A stretch of DNA of 62,696 nucleotides, filler included, from Sluysia triapertura (taxonomy: Eukaryota), in NCBI GenBank assembly GCA_046118255.1. It is 5 parts of 5 records of this genome, joined end to end, with 100 filler letters (N's around TTAATTAATTAA, not from the genome) between each part and the next. Parts side by side here need not be neighbours in the genome. Positions count along the whole stretch, not along the records: positions 1 to 13,630 come from JBJNIA010028389.1; positions 13,731 to 26,051 come from JBJNIA010119528.1; positions 26,152 to 38,639 come from JBJNIA010104210.1; 2 more parts are not named here. One strand, written 5' to 3'. The notes beneath the pieces were generated by a model. The model did not search any database and was not told where the DNA came from. It was given only the letters and a program-made list of their open reading frames with translations. Of this stretch, positions 12,634 through 26,680 are shown in pieces. The first letter of the stretch is position 1; the number at the start of each line of letters is the position of its first letter. A program made the position numbers and the translations under genes.

Positions 12634-13630
12634 AAATCTTTAATGACTTTAACTTTTACTAAAAGGTAAAAATAAGACCCTTGTAAACTTAAATATTTAT
12701 TAAGAAAAATATTAAATTGAATGAACACAATATTTCAATAAGGTATAAAAATGATATCATAAAAATATTGATTTTAATTACTTAAGTTAAACTTAGTAAT
12801 TTATCTTTATTTTAGTTTGATCAATCTCACCTATCAATTTGATTTTAATCTACCTTGACCTCTTGTTAGTTTATCAAATATAAAATTTAATGAGTTTGAT
12901 ACTCGTCTCTGTTACAAAATAGAACAGTTTGAAATAAGTTAAGTTGTAATTTTGACCGTTATGTAAATATATATTACATATTTTGCGTTAAATTTTGATA
13001 GCTCTTTTAAAAATTCTAGAAAGTTAATTTAAAAAACTAACTAAACAATTAAACTGCTTTTTTCAAAAGTCTTCAAAATAAAAACTATAAATCTTTCTTA
13101 TAAATGTCGAAGAATAAAGATCGGAATAATTTGAGAAATATACAAACTTTTAAAATGCGTTTAACTTGAGAAAGTGTACACTGTAAACCTTTAACTTGTG
13201 AATGTGCTTATCAAGTTAGTGGCTTTTATAGCATTTTTATGCATTACTAGCTTCATATAAAAATTAATATAATCTAGTGTTTTCCGAACTTTTAAAATCT
13301 AAAAATTTAATTTGCAAATATTAAAATTTTTAATATTTATGTTTTCATATAGAACTAAAAAAATAAAATTTAAGATTAATACAATAATTAAATTAATACT
13401 AATAAAACTAATATTTACAATAAAACTAGTATTTATAATAATTAATTTTATAATAATTGTCGAACCCATATTTTACGTCACCCATATTTAAATTTAAAAT
13501 ATAATGGATAAAAATACAAGAGAAATTTTATAAATAAAAAAAACATTTAATAAAACGTTTAATTATATCTTTTTAAGACGATTTTTTGCTATTTTCTTAA
13601 TGTTGTTTTCTTCGTTTCCAAGTTCTGCAA

Positions 13631-13730
13631 NNNNNNNNNNNNNNNNNNNNNNNNNNNNNNNNNNNNNNNNNNNNTTAATTAATTAANNNNNNNNNNNNNN
13701 NNNNNNNNNNNNNNNNNNNNNNNNNNNNNN
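13631..13730. other. Artificial contig linker (N run containing TTAATTAATTAA)
   Basis: 100-bp gap with a six-frame-stop spacer in the middle. Confidence 0.95.
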
Positions 13731-15394
13731 GGATTTTTCGAGAAACTGTTAAAAGTTTCAAGTTGTTGTATTAAATGTATTTTGAGTGTATTTTACGGAG
13801 ATACTGTATTAGTATCGAGCCTTAAAACAAAATAAACTAATGTTACAAAATTAAATTATTGAAAAGCGAAGATTGGTTAAAGTCAATCTGAAATAATATA
13901 CGACAGCGTGCAATTGTATTAAGACTTGAGAGATCCATACAAATTCTGTACTTGTTTATGATAAAATATTTGTGTCACAATGTGAAAATGTGCGACGTTT
14001 TATACTTGTTTCAGATCGACCTTGGCTTTTAAATTTAAACAATTTAAACAAATAAGAATATAAAATTAAATTTAAATATTAAATTAAACGAATAAGAATA
14101 TTGAATAATACTGACATTTTTCTTTTTAAAATTTAAATTAGTTCCAAAATATTAATTGTAATAATTCCAAAATTGTTAATAATAATTGTAAATTCAAATA
14201 AAATAATAATTGTTGTAAATTCAGATAATAATTATATAAATCAATAATACTAATTATGTTATTCATAAATAAAATGAACACATCAATGTTTAATAAATCA
14301 ATATTTAATCAAAAAAATCAATATTTAATACACAATGTTATTTTGTATGTCATTCACAATGTTATTAGTTATTCATAGTGTTAATTTATTAGTCAAAATG
14401 TAAAAATTTTTAAACAGAAAAATTTTGTTTAAATATGTAATTAACCATTTTTACAATTTAATTTATTGTTCATTATAAGAAATTTGGAAATTAACGATGG
14501 TACATGTAATGTTTTTGATATGACATTGTTAGATTTATGTTTTTTATAAATGGATAATTTATACTTTATTAATTGAAACCTAACGAAGTCCTTAAGTAAT
14601 CTATTCGCTAATAGTTTTCTATATCGTGTCGTAAAGCTAATATTTATTTAACATATTTAGAGTTCTGATTTCGAATACTCGTTCCTATTAATTAATTACT
14701 GGAATTTACTCAAAATATTTTTCTTCAGTTAATGTTTAGTCTTCAATTTGGAATGTGTATATTTTATCTTGTATATATCTCTTTTCTCTTCTTTTAGGGC
14801 CCTACTCCCACCTCGGTTACAACAAAATGAAAATCGAATAATTTATTTATAAATCAACAGAAAACAAAAGCGTAGATACAAAATTTTATAAAATGTACAG
14901 TTTTAGCTTTAATATTAATGTTTATAAACAAAGAAAGGCAATAAAAATCACTTACGACGAATAATCTGAAATCTCGGTGTATTTGTTTATTGAATTGTTA
15001 GATTGAATCGCCTAGTCGGATCAGTAATTTGAATCGCTTTGTAAGTTTGGTAAATCAAAACGTCGGTGTATTGATTAAGTAGTTCTCAAAATCGACTTAT
15101 AACTCGTGTGATTCTCATGTGTGTTGAATTGCGTGTTTTTGCGTTTTTTTAAAATTATTATTTCCTTTTATACTATTTATGAATTTTCAATAATGTTTGA
15201 GTTATTTCCAATAATAAATTATTTCCAATACAATAAATATTATTTAAATGAATAATTCTTTGATAATATAATAGTAAATACAGAACGATAATGATAATTA
15301 TTTTCAATAATAAATTATTTCCAATTTAAATGATTAATTCGTTGATAATATAGTAGTAAATATTCAATAATATACATATAATAGTAGTCATAGT

Positions 15395-15545
15395 NNNNNN
15401 NNNNNNNNNNNNNNNNNNNNNNNNNNNNNNNNNNNNNNNNNNNNNNNNNNNNNNNNNNNNNNNNNNNNNNNNNNNNNNNNNNNNNNNNNNNNNNNNNNNN
15501 NNNNNNNNNNNNNNNNNNNNNNNNNNNNNNNNNNNNNNNNNNNNN
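15395..15545. other. Assembly gap
   Basis: Run of N with no linker. Confidence 0.98.
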
Positions 15546-15742
15546 TGTTCTATTGAATACTATTTATATTAAATTTCAATTTTAAGGTTAATTAAATTTT
15601 TGATTGCATAATAATTCTACACTCATAATTTTAATATAGAATCTCATTTTAAAATGATTATTTATTTTATTTCAATCTAAAATTAAGTGTTTTTTGCTGT
15701 TAAATTTTGAATTTATATCAACTCTATTAAATCTCATTTTAA

Positions 15743-16020
<278 letters not shown>

Positions 16021-17590
16021 GATTCATTAAGCTCGAACTTTTACCCAAGCAATTGAAGCCTGCAAGCTCATTCTGTTACTATTTATGCAACAACGAATTT
16101 TGTACAGAAAACGAAAATCTGTGGGCTCGGTCGGTATCACCAATTATGTGAAGAAATTTATCACGATGAGAGAATACCATATGAATTTAAAAAGGATGTA
16201 TGCTGTGTAAATTATTTAGATTGTGTTGGTGGGATTTCTTACGTTGTTCATGTTTTATTTTGTGTCATGGAACAATAATTTGTTACTCAATCACTCTACC
16301 TTTGATTATCATTTAATAAATCTTCTTCCGTATTACGTTAATTTCGATTTTAAGTTTAAATTTTACAATTTGAATAATACAACTAAAGAAACACTTTTTT
16401 CTTAAAATATTTGAAAAAATAGTGTTGTTACTCTATATATTCTTTCATTTTAACACTTTCTACCACGATTTTGTGTATACATATTTCGAGCAAAAAGTGT
16501 ATATTTGGATCTAAGATGAGCTGAAGGAAAATTATACCGCTACATTAATTTAACAATTATTATACGAAAAGTCAAAAGATAAATTAAGAAAAAACGGTTA
16601 AACTTTGAAAATAATTTTAAATTAAAATGTAAATAATAACAATTGACTATTGATTTTATTGATGTAAATAATAACCATTGATATTTGCTGATTGACTATT
16701 TATAAAACAATTATTTTATTGAATGTATAATTTTTGATATATGTCTGTATAATATTCCATTTTATTTTAATTTTGAATTTTGATACTTAAAGTAAGAATT
16801 TATTTTAATTTAATTTAATTCACTTTAATTTAATTTAATAAACGTGATTGCTAATTAACATAATTATTATTTAAAATTATTTTAACATTTTTACTAATTT
16901 GAAATTATTACAAAAACGCACAAATAAAATTTTTAAACTTCCAGCTATGAGTTTTTGGCTACAACTTTTCGGGAATCAGAATTTTTATTACTATCAATCA
17001 CGTTAGTTTAATTACAGTAAGATCGATATTTTTTAAAATATCATAAGTAAAATCCAGTTGAATTCATTTAATTCATTTGAATCATATAGTGGATCCATTG
17101 TAAAATATATTTTTAAAATTATTTTATTAGTTAACTAACTAAGATAGTTAGTTCTGTAATTTATTATTATATTATAATTGACAATTCTTATAAATTTTTT
17201 AAAATCTTTTGTATAAGTTTGATAATAAAGTTTTTCTTTATAATTATTTAGTCAATTAACTTGTATAGTTTTAAAATTTGTTAACACTTAAAATTACCGT
17301 TGCTTTCAAGGTGTTAGAATTTAACTCTAGCAAGTAAAATCTGTTATAACGATTCCATATAACGGAATCTACGCAAAATTGCTAAATAAATATTAATTCT
17401 ATTTATAATCAAAGTTTTCTAGATACTACTACAACACATAACCTTCAAATCTACTTACACCCTTGATAAGAAAACCTAAATTTGACAATTATCAGTAGAT
17501 CTTAATAGACATTAATAAATTTTAACTCCAGGTAGGATTGAGCATTAAGGTCTACTACTATATCTTTGATATTTATATTGATTTATAAAA

Positions 17591-17640
17591 TCCAACGGCT
17601 GGCCCTAACTGGGAAGCCCAGTAGGCTGGTGAACTCACTT
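17591..17640 (+). repeat. Dispersed GC-rich ~50-bp motif, copy 1
   Basis: TCCAACGGCTGGCCCTAACTGGGAAGCCCAGTAGGCTGGTGAACTCAC; related copies at 26631, 38972 and 60432 (minus). Confidence 0.8.
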
Positions 17641-17836
17641 CAAGTTAAGTTTTATTCTATTTACTTCACTTACCTTTCTCAGAAAAATTATAAAAATAGT
17701 GTTAATATCTAACTACTTTGTTGCCATTGTTATGACTCATCATCATATAAATGACAATACCGCATGTTAAAATATATTCATTTTAAATTGTAATACAGAT
17801 AAACGAAACACTAAATTTTCCCATTAAGTATTTTAA

Positions 17837-18136
17837 TAAGGTTACCATTTTTTTTCGCCAAACCGGGACGGTCAAAATTTTTTCAACACCCCTCCCCCCT
17901 CCCCCAAAAAAAATTTTTTGTTTTTCATTGTACATATAATTAATTAGTTACCTGTATACTAAAAAGTTCAAAGTTAGAGGCACACATACGTCACACATAT
18001 GCGTATGCGTTTGAGTCATACAGTATGACGCATCAAATATGTTTTCAAAATTTTTTTCTCAAGTTTATTGGCGCCGGATAAAAATATTTTGAATCAGTTG
18101 AAGAACATGGAAAAACCGGGACGGTTGGAAACCCTA
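17837..18136. mobile_element. hAT MITE (Blackjack/Tip100-like), 300 bp
   Basis: TIRs TAAGGTTACCA...TGGAAACCCTA, subterminal AAACCGGGACGGT repeats, and a perfect 8-bp TSD TATTTTAA (17829-17836 and 18137-18144). Confidence 0.88.
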
Positions 18137-19230
18137 TATTTTAATAAAAATATATCAAGTTATTTTATGACAGATAAATGTAATTTGTTAGTAATACAAT
18201 TTGATTATTATTAATCTATATTGTATTCAAATTGTTAATGTATGCTAATACTATTATATTCAAATATTGTGTGTATATAATTTTCACAAGTACAATTTTT
18301 TTGCAAGTAAGTTTTATATATGATTTGCAAAATATTATGATTCTATTGACTAAAAATAATACTTTCCAAAAAAAGAAAAAGAATTTTCTAGAATAATCTG
18401 GAAATTCCAAAAATACAAGCTTTTGATTGGCTGTTAGCTACTTTATAAAACTATAGTTAAATCATAATGCACATAAAGACTTTTACATATCACTGTTTGA
18501 TAATCTTGGTTGTCTTATTGCAAAATATTTGTTACCGATCAATTAATCTTTTAACTGCATCATTTATTCCATGTTATTTTGGTAAGTTATTTATTGTAAC
18601 TTGAAATTAACTCTAGAAGCCAATTTAAAATCCAATCTTAAATTTTGATCTCGATTTATAAAAGGATAAAATCCTTTGTAAAATTTATTACAAAATATAA
18701 AATATTAAAGACCTAAGCAGGTTTTGATTGTAAATTATCTATATTTTTATTACCACTTTATTTTGATATAATTCCTGTATCAATTTGTTTTATTTGTTAT
18801 GTAATAAACCTTATGTTTATAAATTTTTGTAAAGCATTATTGACTGTCATTTAATTTCTAACATGAAACTTTATTTTTAGTGAATTAAAAAGACGTTTTT
18901 TCACATTTTTACAGTTAAGATACGTCCACTTAAGTCACGTACTCTAGCCACACCCTATTCAATTTCATTTTGTTGTATGTTAAGAGTTAAGTATTAGAAA
19001 AAGCCACAAAAATATTTTTTTTCGTATTTTTTTGGTTAAAAGAAAATAATTAAAAGTAAACTAATTATTACATAATTTTAAAAAAATTAATTTTTTCTTA
19101 GTTTAACAACTTTTTTATGATTTCAAAAATTTTTAAACAATTTGATTTGCAGAAATATAAAACTAAATAAATAAATAAATCATAATTTTATTTAAATTTT
19201 GTTTTTTAGAAATAGATATAAGTTTTGTAT

Positions 19231-19254
19231 TATTAATATTATTAATATTATTAA

Positions 19255-19313
<59 letters not shown>
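19231..19313. repeat. (TAT)n microsatellite
   Basis: Direct reading of the sequence. Confidence 0.95.
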
Positions 19314-19314
<1 letters not shown>

Positions 19315-19929
19315 GTACACTATAATGAAACTAATAAAGTTTTCCTTTATTAAAGTCAAGTCATTTTAAAGTAACCACACCCTAAAAATGTAAAGATAGG
19401 TATAAGTAAAATAAATTCTTGATTAAGTACATGATTATCTTAAATTGTCTATATAATTCGCAATTTCTTTTTTTCTTGTATTCTATATCCTTTAATTTAA
19501 AATACTTCGAATTCTTCAATGTAACTGCTTAGTTCAAACGGTAAATGTTAAATCTAACATCATTCTACTTATAGATCTTAGTTTTCATGCTTGAATAACC
19601 AATTGTAAAGGATGATTTTGTCGATAAAACGAATCAGATTGTAGGATAACTTCTCGGATTAATTATCTTTTACATGAATTGTTTTAAAATAAGAAATAAT
19701 TCCCGGAACAATGATTAAACTTTGTCTAGTAATTAAATTTTGCAAGCAAATAATTATATTTATATTATAATTAAATAAAAAAATATTAATGTCGATTTTG
19801 TTTATCTTAACTTAATAATTCAATATTTTAATAATTTATCGGTAAATTTGATTAATTCTGTGTTATTATGTACTGATTTGATTTTGTTTTTGGAATATTT
19901 CTTTTAAATAAAGCAAAAATATCAAGATA

Positions 19930-20220
19930 AACAGATGCAGGATTCGTGAGGACACAGACATACAATTTTTGTAATAAATTTCCATTAGCTATTTGCAGTT
20001 ACATGCTTAAGCATTTTAACTTTCAGTTTGTTGTGACTTGTCGTCAAGTGTTTATCCAATTAGATGCTGCAGAGCATGTACCTAGGCTAATAAATCTACC
20101 TAAGAAACATAAAAAATGTTATCAGTGTCAATGAAGATGCGATAAAAAGGTGAACATGCAGTAACTGTAAAATATTTGTACGTGAAGTGCATAGAAAATT
20201 GCAGAAAATTGTTATACGTA
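19930..20220 (+). mobile_element. piggyBac transposase C-terminal cysteine-rich domain remnant
   Basis: LPKKHKKCYQCQ*RCDKK...TCSNCKIFVREVH resembles the piggyBac CxxC...K...CxxCxxxVCxxH tail; it contains a stop and a frameshift. Confidence 0.55.
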
Positions 20221-20867
20221 CAAATTTGTGTGTGTGTATGTATTAAAACGTTTATAACACCAAATCCAAATGATGTTACTAAGAAATAATAATCTTCAAT
20301 TAATTATCAAGTGCGGTATCTTAAATTGTTTAAACAATTAATGTGATAGAACAATAAACTTGATAGTAATAATTTTTGAAATTGTACTTATAGAATTTTT
20401 CCTGGCAACAACGATTAACACATAGAAAATTTCTCATTTTTTAATTTTGTTGGGAATCAATACCTAAAAATACTACTTTAGTTATTGTTTTTTTACATAG
20501 ACAATTACTTTTCTAAATTCATTTTACTAATTAATCTGTTCTTACAATGTTAATTCTACTATTTGATCAATTTCATTTTATAGTTAATTTACATTTGTAC
20601 CATTTTAACATAATGAGTGCCATTGTTTGATGCATGACATTTTCTTCTTGTTAATTAAGAATGTAACATTCTCAACTATATTTTCAACTATATTTTCTCA
20701 GCTATTTTCTTTTTTAAGATATGTTCTTTATTCAACATGTTTTGATCGTGTTTACTGAAACATTTTGAAATATTTTCAAGACATATATTTGTTCTTGGAT
20801 TATCAAAATAAAAAGGATATATTAAAGAGTAAATACTGTTTAATTTTTTTAATATATTGCAGTATTG

Positions 20868-20922
<55 letters not shown>

Positions 20923-20926
20923 CTAG

Positions 20927-20993
20927 AAAGCTGACTTCAGATGATATGAAGTATTTAGCTTGGCTAATAGATGGAGTTTTGCCTTTTTTAAAG

Positions 20994-21043
<50 letters not shown>

Positions 21044-24000
21044 GTTGTACATGAATTTATTTGAGATGATTAATTAAATTTTGTTAATCTAATTTTTATA
21101 AGAATTTCGACATTTTTAATTTTTATTAATTCTTACATTAAATTTCACTTAAGCGATATTTTTTAATGTAATTTTAACTTCTAAATAATCCGTAAAATTC
21201 GTAAAAAATTTGAAAATTTATATTTCTTATCTTAATCTAAACAAAAATTGAATTCCATGGTTCAATGAAGTTATTTATTAAGGTATTATTTCTTGTTAAG
21301 ATAAATAGCCCGGTTTTTTATTAGGTTATTCAACAAATCTCGAAAATAGAAATGAATTTAGTTTTTATGAACGAAAACTTCAGTCGCTGTGATTTCGGTT
21401 TGATTATTAGTTCATTCAAAATACTTGAATTCTCGCAATTATAATAATGCTTTATTAATTCACACTTGACCTTGTATTTAACTCGTCTTAAAATGTAATG
21501 AAATGTCTTAATAAATACAATTAATAAACCTAATTTTCTTTTATTCTTTATTTCTTTTATTTTAGTATATATACTGAAATGGTAAAACTATTATAGTAAT
21601 TTGCCAATAAGTCAAAAGATAAAGAGTAGGATGATAATTTATCATCATTTGATATTTCTGGATTAATCGTAAAATAATTATATCTTATTGTATCAGGAAA
21701 TAATTCGTATCAGATCTAGTAATCAAGATACAGCTAATCAAAGTCAACTGATGATAGATACTGTGAAAAGCGTATTAAATATGATGCAAATATTGACACC
21801 TCATATGTCATCATTTCATCAAATTCGTTTAGTTACCAACTATTTATTTTCTGCTGTACTATCGAATTATGCACGACATCAAAATCTGGAAAATATCTAT
21901 GCAAATCTTGGTTATTAATTTATTGTTATTAATATTATCATAATTATTAATATTTCTAGTAGCAGTAGTAATATTCATCAATTTATTTATTATAGGTGTG
22001 AATGTTCTAAACCAAAGCGAGCCTGAAAACTATTCAACAATGAAACAGGATTTATTATCCAAACATCGCGATGAACAAGATTTGAATTTAAAATTTAGGA
22101 TATTTGTCAATAACTGCATGCGATTACATCAAGGTGAAAATACTGTTACTGTTCAGTTAATTTATCCAAGTGTCGTTGAAGGTTATTAAGATTTTCATAT
22201 ATTTATGATGCTGCGTAATATTTATTTTATTAAATATTTTAAATAAAAGTGTAAAATAATTAAATATCAGAAGTATAATAGTGATACAACTAACCTACAA
22301 TCAATATGACCATGTAATAATAATATTAATATAAAAATTGATTACTAATTGAACAACGTAATGTTGTTTGGCTATCTTACAGATGACTACATATCTAAAT
22401 ATACTATAATATGGCCAAGCTAATTTGTAGGATATTGCACAGTAGGTGCTATCTACAATTATTTAAAACATGTAATAATAACACTAATTGTAGTACTAAT
22501 AATAATACTATTAACAATAACAATAGTAATAATATAATAATAATATTAACTGTTGTTTTGTAAATATATTTAAAGTATCAATAAATAATATAATAATTAT
22601 AATAGTAATTTAATTTAATATCCTGGCATGATCATTAAAATAACAAATGAAAATCTTAAAAGAAATAAGAGGTGATTTCCTTAGTAACACTTCACTTGCT
22701 CATTAATTATAAATCATCTTTGATAATTTTCAAACTTGTAGTACTAGTAGAATTATTTTATTTTTGTGTCAAATAATTTTTCATTCACAAAATTCAAATA
22801 TTTCAACCTGAGCGATTCACAGATAGATGTAATATATTTTACAGCACTTAAATTATAAATTATGTCTATCAATCACTGTTCTTATTTATTAATTATACAT
22901 ATTATTTTTTTTCTATTTGAAAAAATTTATATTTAATTCATTATGACTTATTTTATTAATTTATTTTATTTATTTAATGATTTAAAAATAAAAAATAAAT
23001 ATAATCACTTTGACACACCCAAAAGACTACATTAAATATTAAAAAGGTTACATTACAAGATGCATTTCTTTTGTTATAAATATATTTCTAAAAATAAAGT
23101 ATGTTTTAGTATAAAAATCTCTTTAATCACTGGAATATAATAAAATGTGTATCACGATGATAAAATAAAAATAACAAATATTTTTCTAATGTGTGATGTA
23201 AGAGAACTTGCAATATTCATTGACTAAGCGAAATAGTAAATACCGGAAAAGCGAAAATAAATAAAAACTGAAAATAAGATCGATGTAATATACTTTTGAT
23301 TTATAATTTTATTACATATTAAATTTATAAATCAAATTTTAAATTATTAATTTGTAAAAGAAATATGCTTATGTTAAGTGAGATAAATCATTTGAAATAA
23401 TTTAGTAAATTTTTTATTGTGTAAATACAAATTTTTGTACGTATTTATGACAAAAGCGTTTATTTTATAAATTATATGAAATTATCTTAGTGAATTTAGA
23501 AACAATAAATTATTTTGTAAATGCAAAATTTTATACATTAAATTATTAAACATATATATAAAAATACTACTTATAATTGGTCAAAAAAAATAGAAATTTT
23601 TAAAATTAAGTTGAAATAAAAAATTTACATTATTTTAGTCAATTCGGAAATTTGTCATTAAATTCACTTTGTAATAAAATATTTCTTTTAATTTATTAAA
23701 TTTGTTACGAAACGAGATTATTTTTTTTACGGACAATTTTTGTATATGGAAAATATTTTTATTATATGAATGCTTACAAATTTGTAATAATGCCTTAGAT
23801 TTTATTTATTGACTGGTCTTATTTTAATTAATGAAACCGCGATAAAAAATGTAAAGCTGGAAGTATATTTTCACAAATTTCCAAATTTGAATAAGTTACC
23901 AAAATTATTATTAATAAAGATAATGGAGTACGCCCAATTGTTATAAATTGATAGTAAATTTATTCGAAATTTCATTTAATGTTAAGTTTAATTTAAATTA

Positions 24001-25265
24001 TAAATTAGTGTAAATATTCAAATAAGTTACTTTTATATGATGGATTTGATTTGAAGTATATATGAATAATAACTTAAATTTAACCGAAAAAATGTAAAAA
24101 ATATCGGAGAAGAAATTGAATCAATGAATTACAAAATGTCAAAAATTATAAACAATCCGAATATTAATTAATTGTTTCTTTTTCTTGAGTTATTTTTCTT
24201 TTTTAATTTTCTCATATATTTAGTGTAATAAAAATATATGAAATTAAATCAATATTTTATTGACAAATTTAAAAGTAAAAAATAGAAAATAATAAAAAAT
24301 TATTTAGTTATAAAAATTCCATTGAATTTTAAGACATTAAATGATTTTTAGTTGTTGTTGTTGTTGTTGATAGTGCTAATGGTGATGTGATAATTTTTAT
24401 TCTATAATAATTATTAAATATAAAAATTTTTAACATATTTATTTATCAATTCCAGGATTTGATACCATGCATCAAAAAGGAAAAGATCAAGGTTAGAATG
24501 TTTAATAATTATAATAATAATGACGAAAATAATAATAATTTAGAAATATATACATCAACAAAAAATGTCGAAGAGTTACCTTTGGGATCGGAATTTCAAA
24601 GTTTGATGATGACATTTTTGAAATTAGACGAAGTAGTTCCTGAAAAACGATTTCAGAATTTACAATGTATCATACGTCATTTAAAGTTTGTTTACATTGT
24701 AACTTCATATAATAAATTAACAAATTAATTACTTACAAACAGATATTTGAGAATTTAGATATAAATAGAAGAATCTTTTGGTTTCCTATTTATTAATTTC
24801 TTAGTACTATGAAATTGTAGAAGGCAATAATAATTTGTACAGATATGTAGAATAAATGGAAAAGCTGGCATAAAATATATTTTTTCAAATTGTATTTTAT
24901 TGTTTTATTGTTCTATTCCAATTTATATTTCTAATTCCTGCTTTTATAGTCTAGTTGTTTCGAGACATCTTTATTTATTGCAATTTTTCGAAAGTATTTT
25001 CAAGTTGTTGATATTTTAGACGTATATCAGAATATTCTTTAAAATTCTTACAAATTAAAACATTAATTTAAACAAATTTATTTATTTAAAGGATGCCACC
25101 ACCAAGAACTACAGGACGTTCCAATGAAGCTGTGAAAAAACGAATTGAAGAGCAAGATTATGTAAACACAGTATGCTTTAAAATACTTCGAGCTATTTTA
25201 CATAACGAAATCTGTCGTCTTCCTACACAATGGCCATTGCATTTGCACGATGAACGCGTACTTGG
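20927..25265 (+). CDS. ITPR: Inositol 1,4,5-trisphosphate receptor-like channel, internal exons only: 20927-20993, 21697-21910, 21996-22181, 24456-24491, 24544-24685, 25092-25265
   Basis: Six GT-AG exons join with consistent phases (0,1,1,1,2): KLTSDDMKYLAWLIDGVLPFLK|EIIR...ANLG|VNV...GENTVTVQLIYPSVVE|GFDTMHQKGKDQ|EIY...EELPLGSEFQ...KRFQ...HLK|MPP...CFKILRAILHNEICRLPTQW. From memory, NTVxxQxxYPS, EELPLGxEFQ and LRAxxHNExxxLPxxW occur in invertebrate atypical ITPR-like proteins. The gene model is strong; the family call needs a search. Confidence 0.7.
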
Positions 25266-26051
25266 GTTTGTTTGAAATATTTTGATTTGTTTGTTTTGGG
25301 TATCAGTCATTTTTTTATAAAACAGAATAAACAATAAAACAATAAAAAGTCTTCTTATTGGCTATTACTGACTAATTATAAATGAATTAGTCTATAAGAC
25401 ATAACAATTTACATGAAATCTACAATGACAATAAGATAGGTTATAGGTTATATACCACCTATGTCTCAAAATTATATATACCGAGTTATCAGAGAATCTC
25501 AAATAAGTGGAAAATTGTGTAATATTTAAGACAACATTCTTTCTATTCAAGAAATATAATAATGAATTAAATTTTAAGAACTTTTGATTACTTATTTTCT
25601 AATAAATGCCAACGTAATATTATTATTATTTTGTTGCTACTGTTGTTGATGATAATGGTACAGGTTTTTACGTGAAACAAGAAAATATAGGTACTTTATG
25701 AAAACTATGTTCAAGCTTTTTTTCTTCATTTTATATTTACTTACTGCTTAGATGACTAGTGTATTCCTCCTGTGAAATCCTTATTTATTATTGTGCTGAA
25801 AACAATAGATAATTTTAAGGATCACAATAACTCTGTCATTCATACGTCTAAGTTCCTTTTCTTTAATCTATTTCAACATGCTTCAAATTAAAATTATCAA
25901 GCATATTGTAAATATATTGTAAGAATGTACATAGTTTTTAAAATTTTTATTTGTATGTTTTAAAAATTTTTTAATTTTTAAATTTATAAAAATATTATAA
26001 AATTTATTTAAAATTGTATATTATAAAAAATTACCAATTTAATTATATTAA

Positions 26052-26151
26052 NNNNNNNNNNNNNNNNNNNNNNNNNNNNNNNNNNNNNNNNNNNNTTAAT
26101 TAATTAANNNNNNNNNNNNNNNNNNNNNNNNNNNNNNNNNNNNNNNNNNNN
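26052..26151. other. Artificial contig linker
   Basis: 100-bp N gap containing TTAATTAATTAA. Confidence 0.95.
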
Positions 26152-26630
26152 TTCCTTCTGGAAGTTTCTTTTTTAGTAAAATTTAAATTATAATAAATAT
26201 AATAATTTTTAAAATAATAAATTTAATATATTTTTACAATAATTATAATTTTTAAAAAAATTTAAAATGTTACACATATTTTTTACAAGTCTTTACATTT
26301 CTATTAACGCATAGTTAATAACGAAACATATTATTATTATATAATTATCTCTTATGCAATTGATATAAATTTTTTTAATATACATTGATGATTTAATTTC
26401 TCTTTCAGTTTAACATTTTGTGATCAAAAAGATTCATATAACGAATCTATTGCAAAATCCAAAATTATTTTAAATAAAAAGTTTTCAGAATTTTATTCAG
26501 ACTCGCAAAATCATAATTAATTGCAAATCCTTTTAATAGGAATTTTGTATTCAATTAATCTGAGCAGTTAAGGCCTAGTGATTGCCTAAAAATAATTGTC
26601 ACCTCCATTTAAAGAATTTTTCATTCGAAT

Positions 26631-26680
26631 TCAACGACTATCCCTAACTGGTAAGCCTAGTACGTTTGGTGAACTCACTC
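26631..26680 (+). repeat. Dispersed GC-rich ~50-bp motif, copy 2
   Basis: TCAACGACTATCCCTAACTGGTAAGCCTAGTACGTTTGGTGAACTCAC. Confidence 0.75.

Noticed and set aside
13675-13686. TTAATTAATTAA recurring inside N runs (four times)
   Set aside because: It is an artificial six-frame-stop linker between contigs. Adjacency across these gaps is therefore not evidence of physical linkage.
14800-14830. Possible tRNA primer-binding site next to an LTR end
   Set aside because: It lacks the canonical TGG start, and no matching second LTR or gag was identified.
20849-21077. Poly-I, poly-L and poly-N ORFs in the ORF track
   Set aside because: They are microsatellite translations; only the central 67-nt exon is credible.
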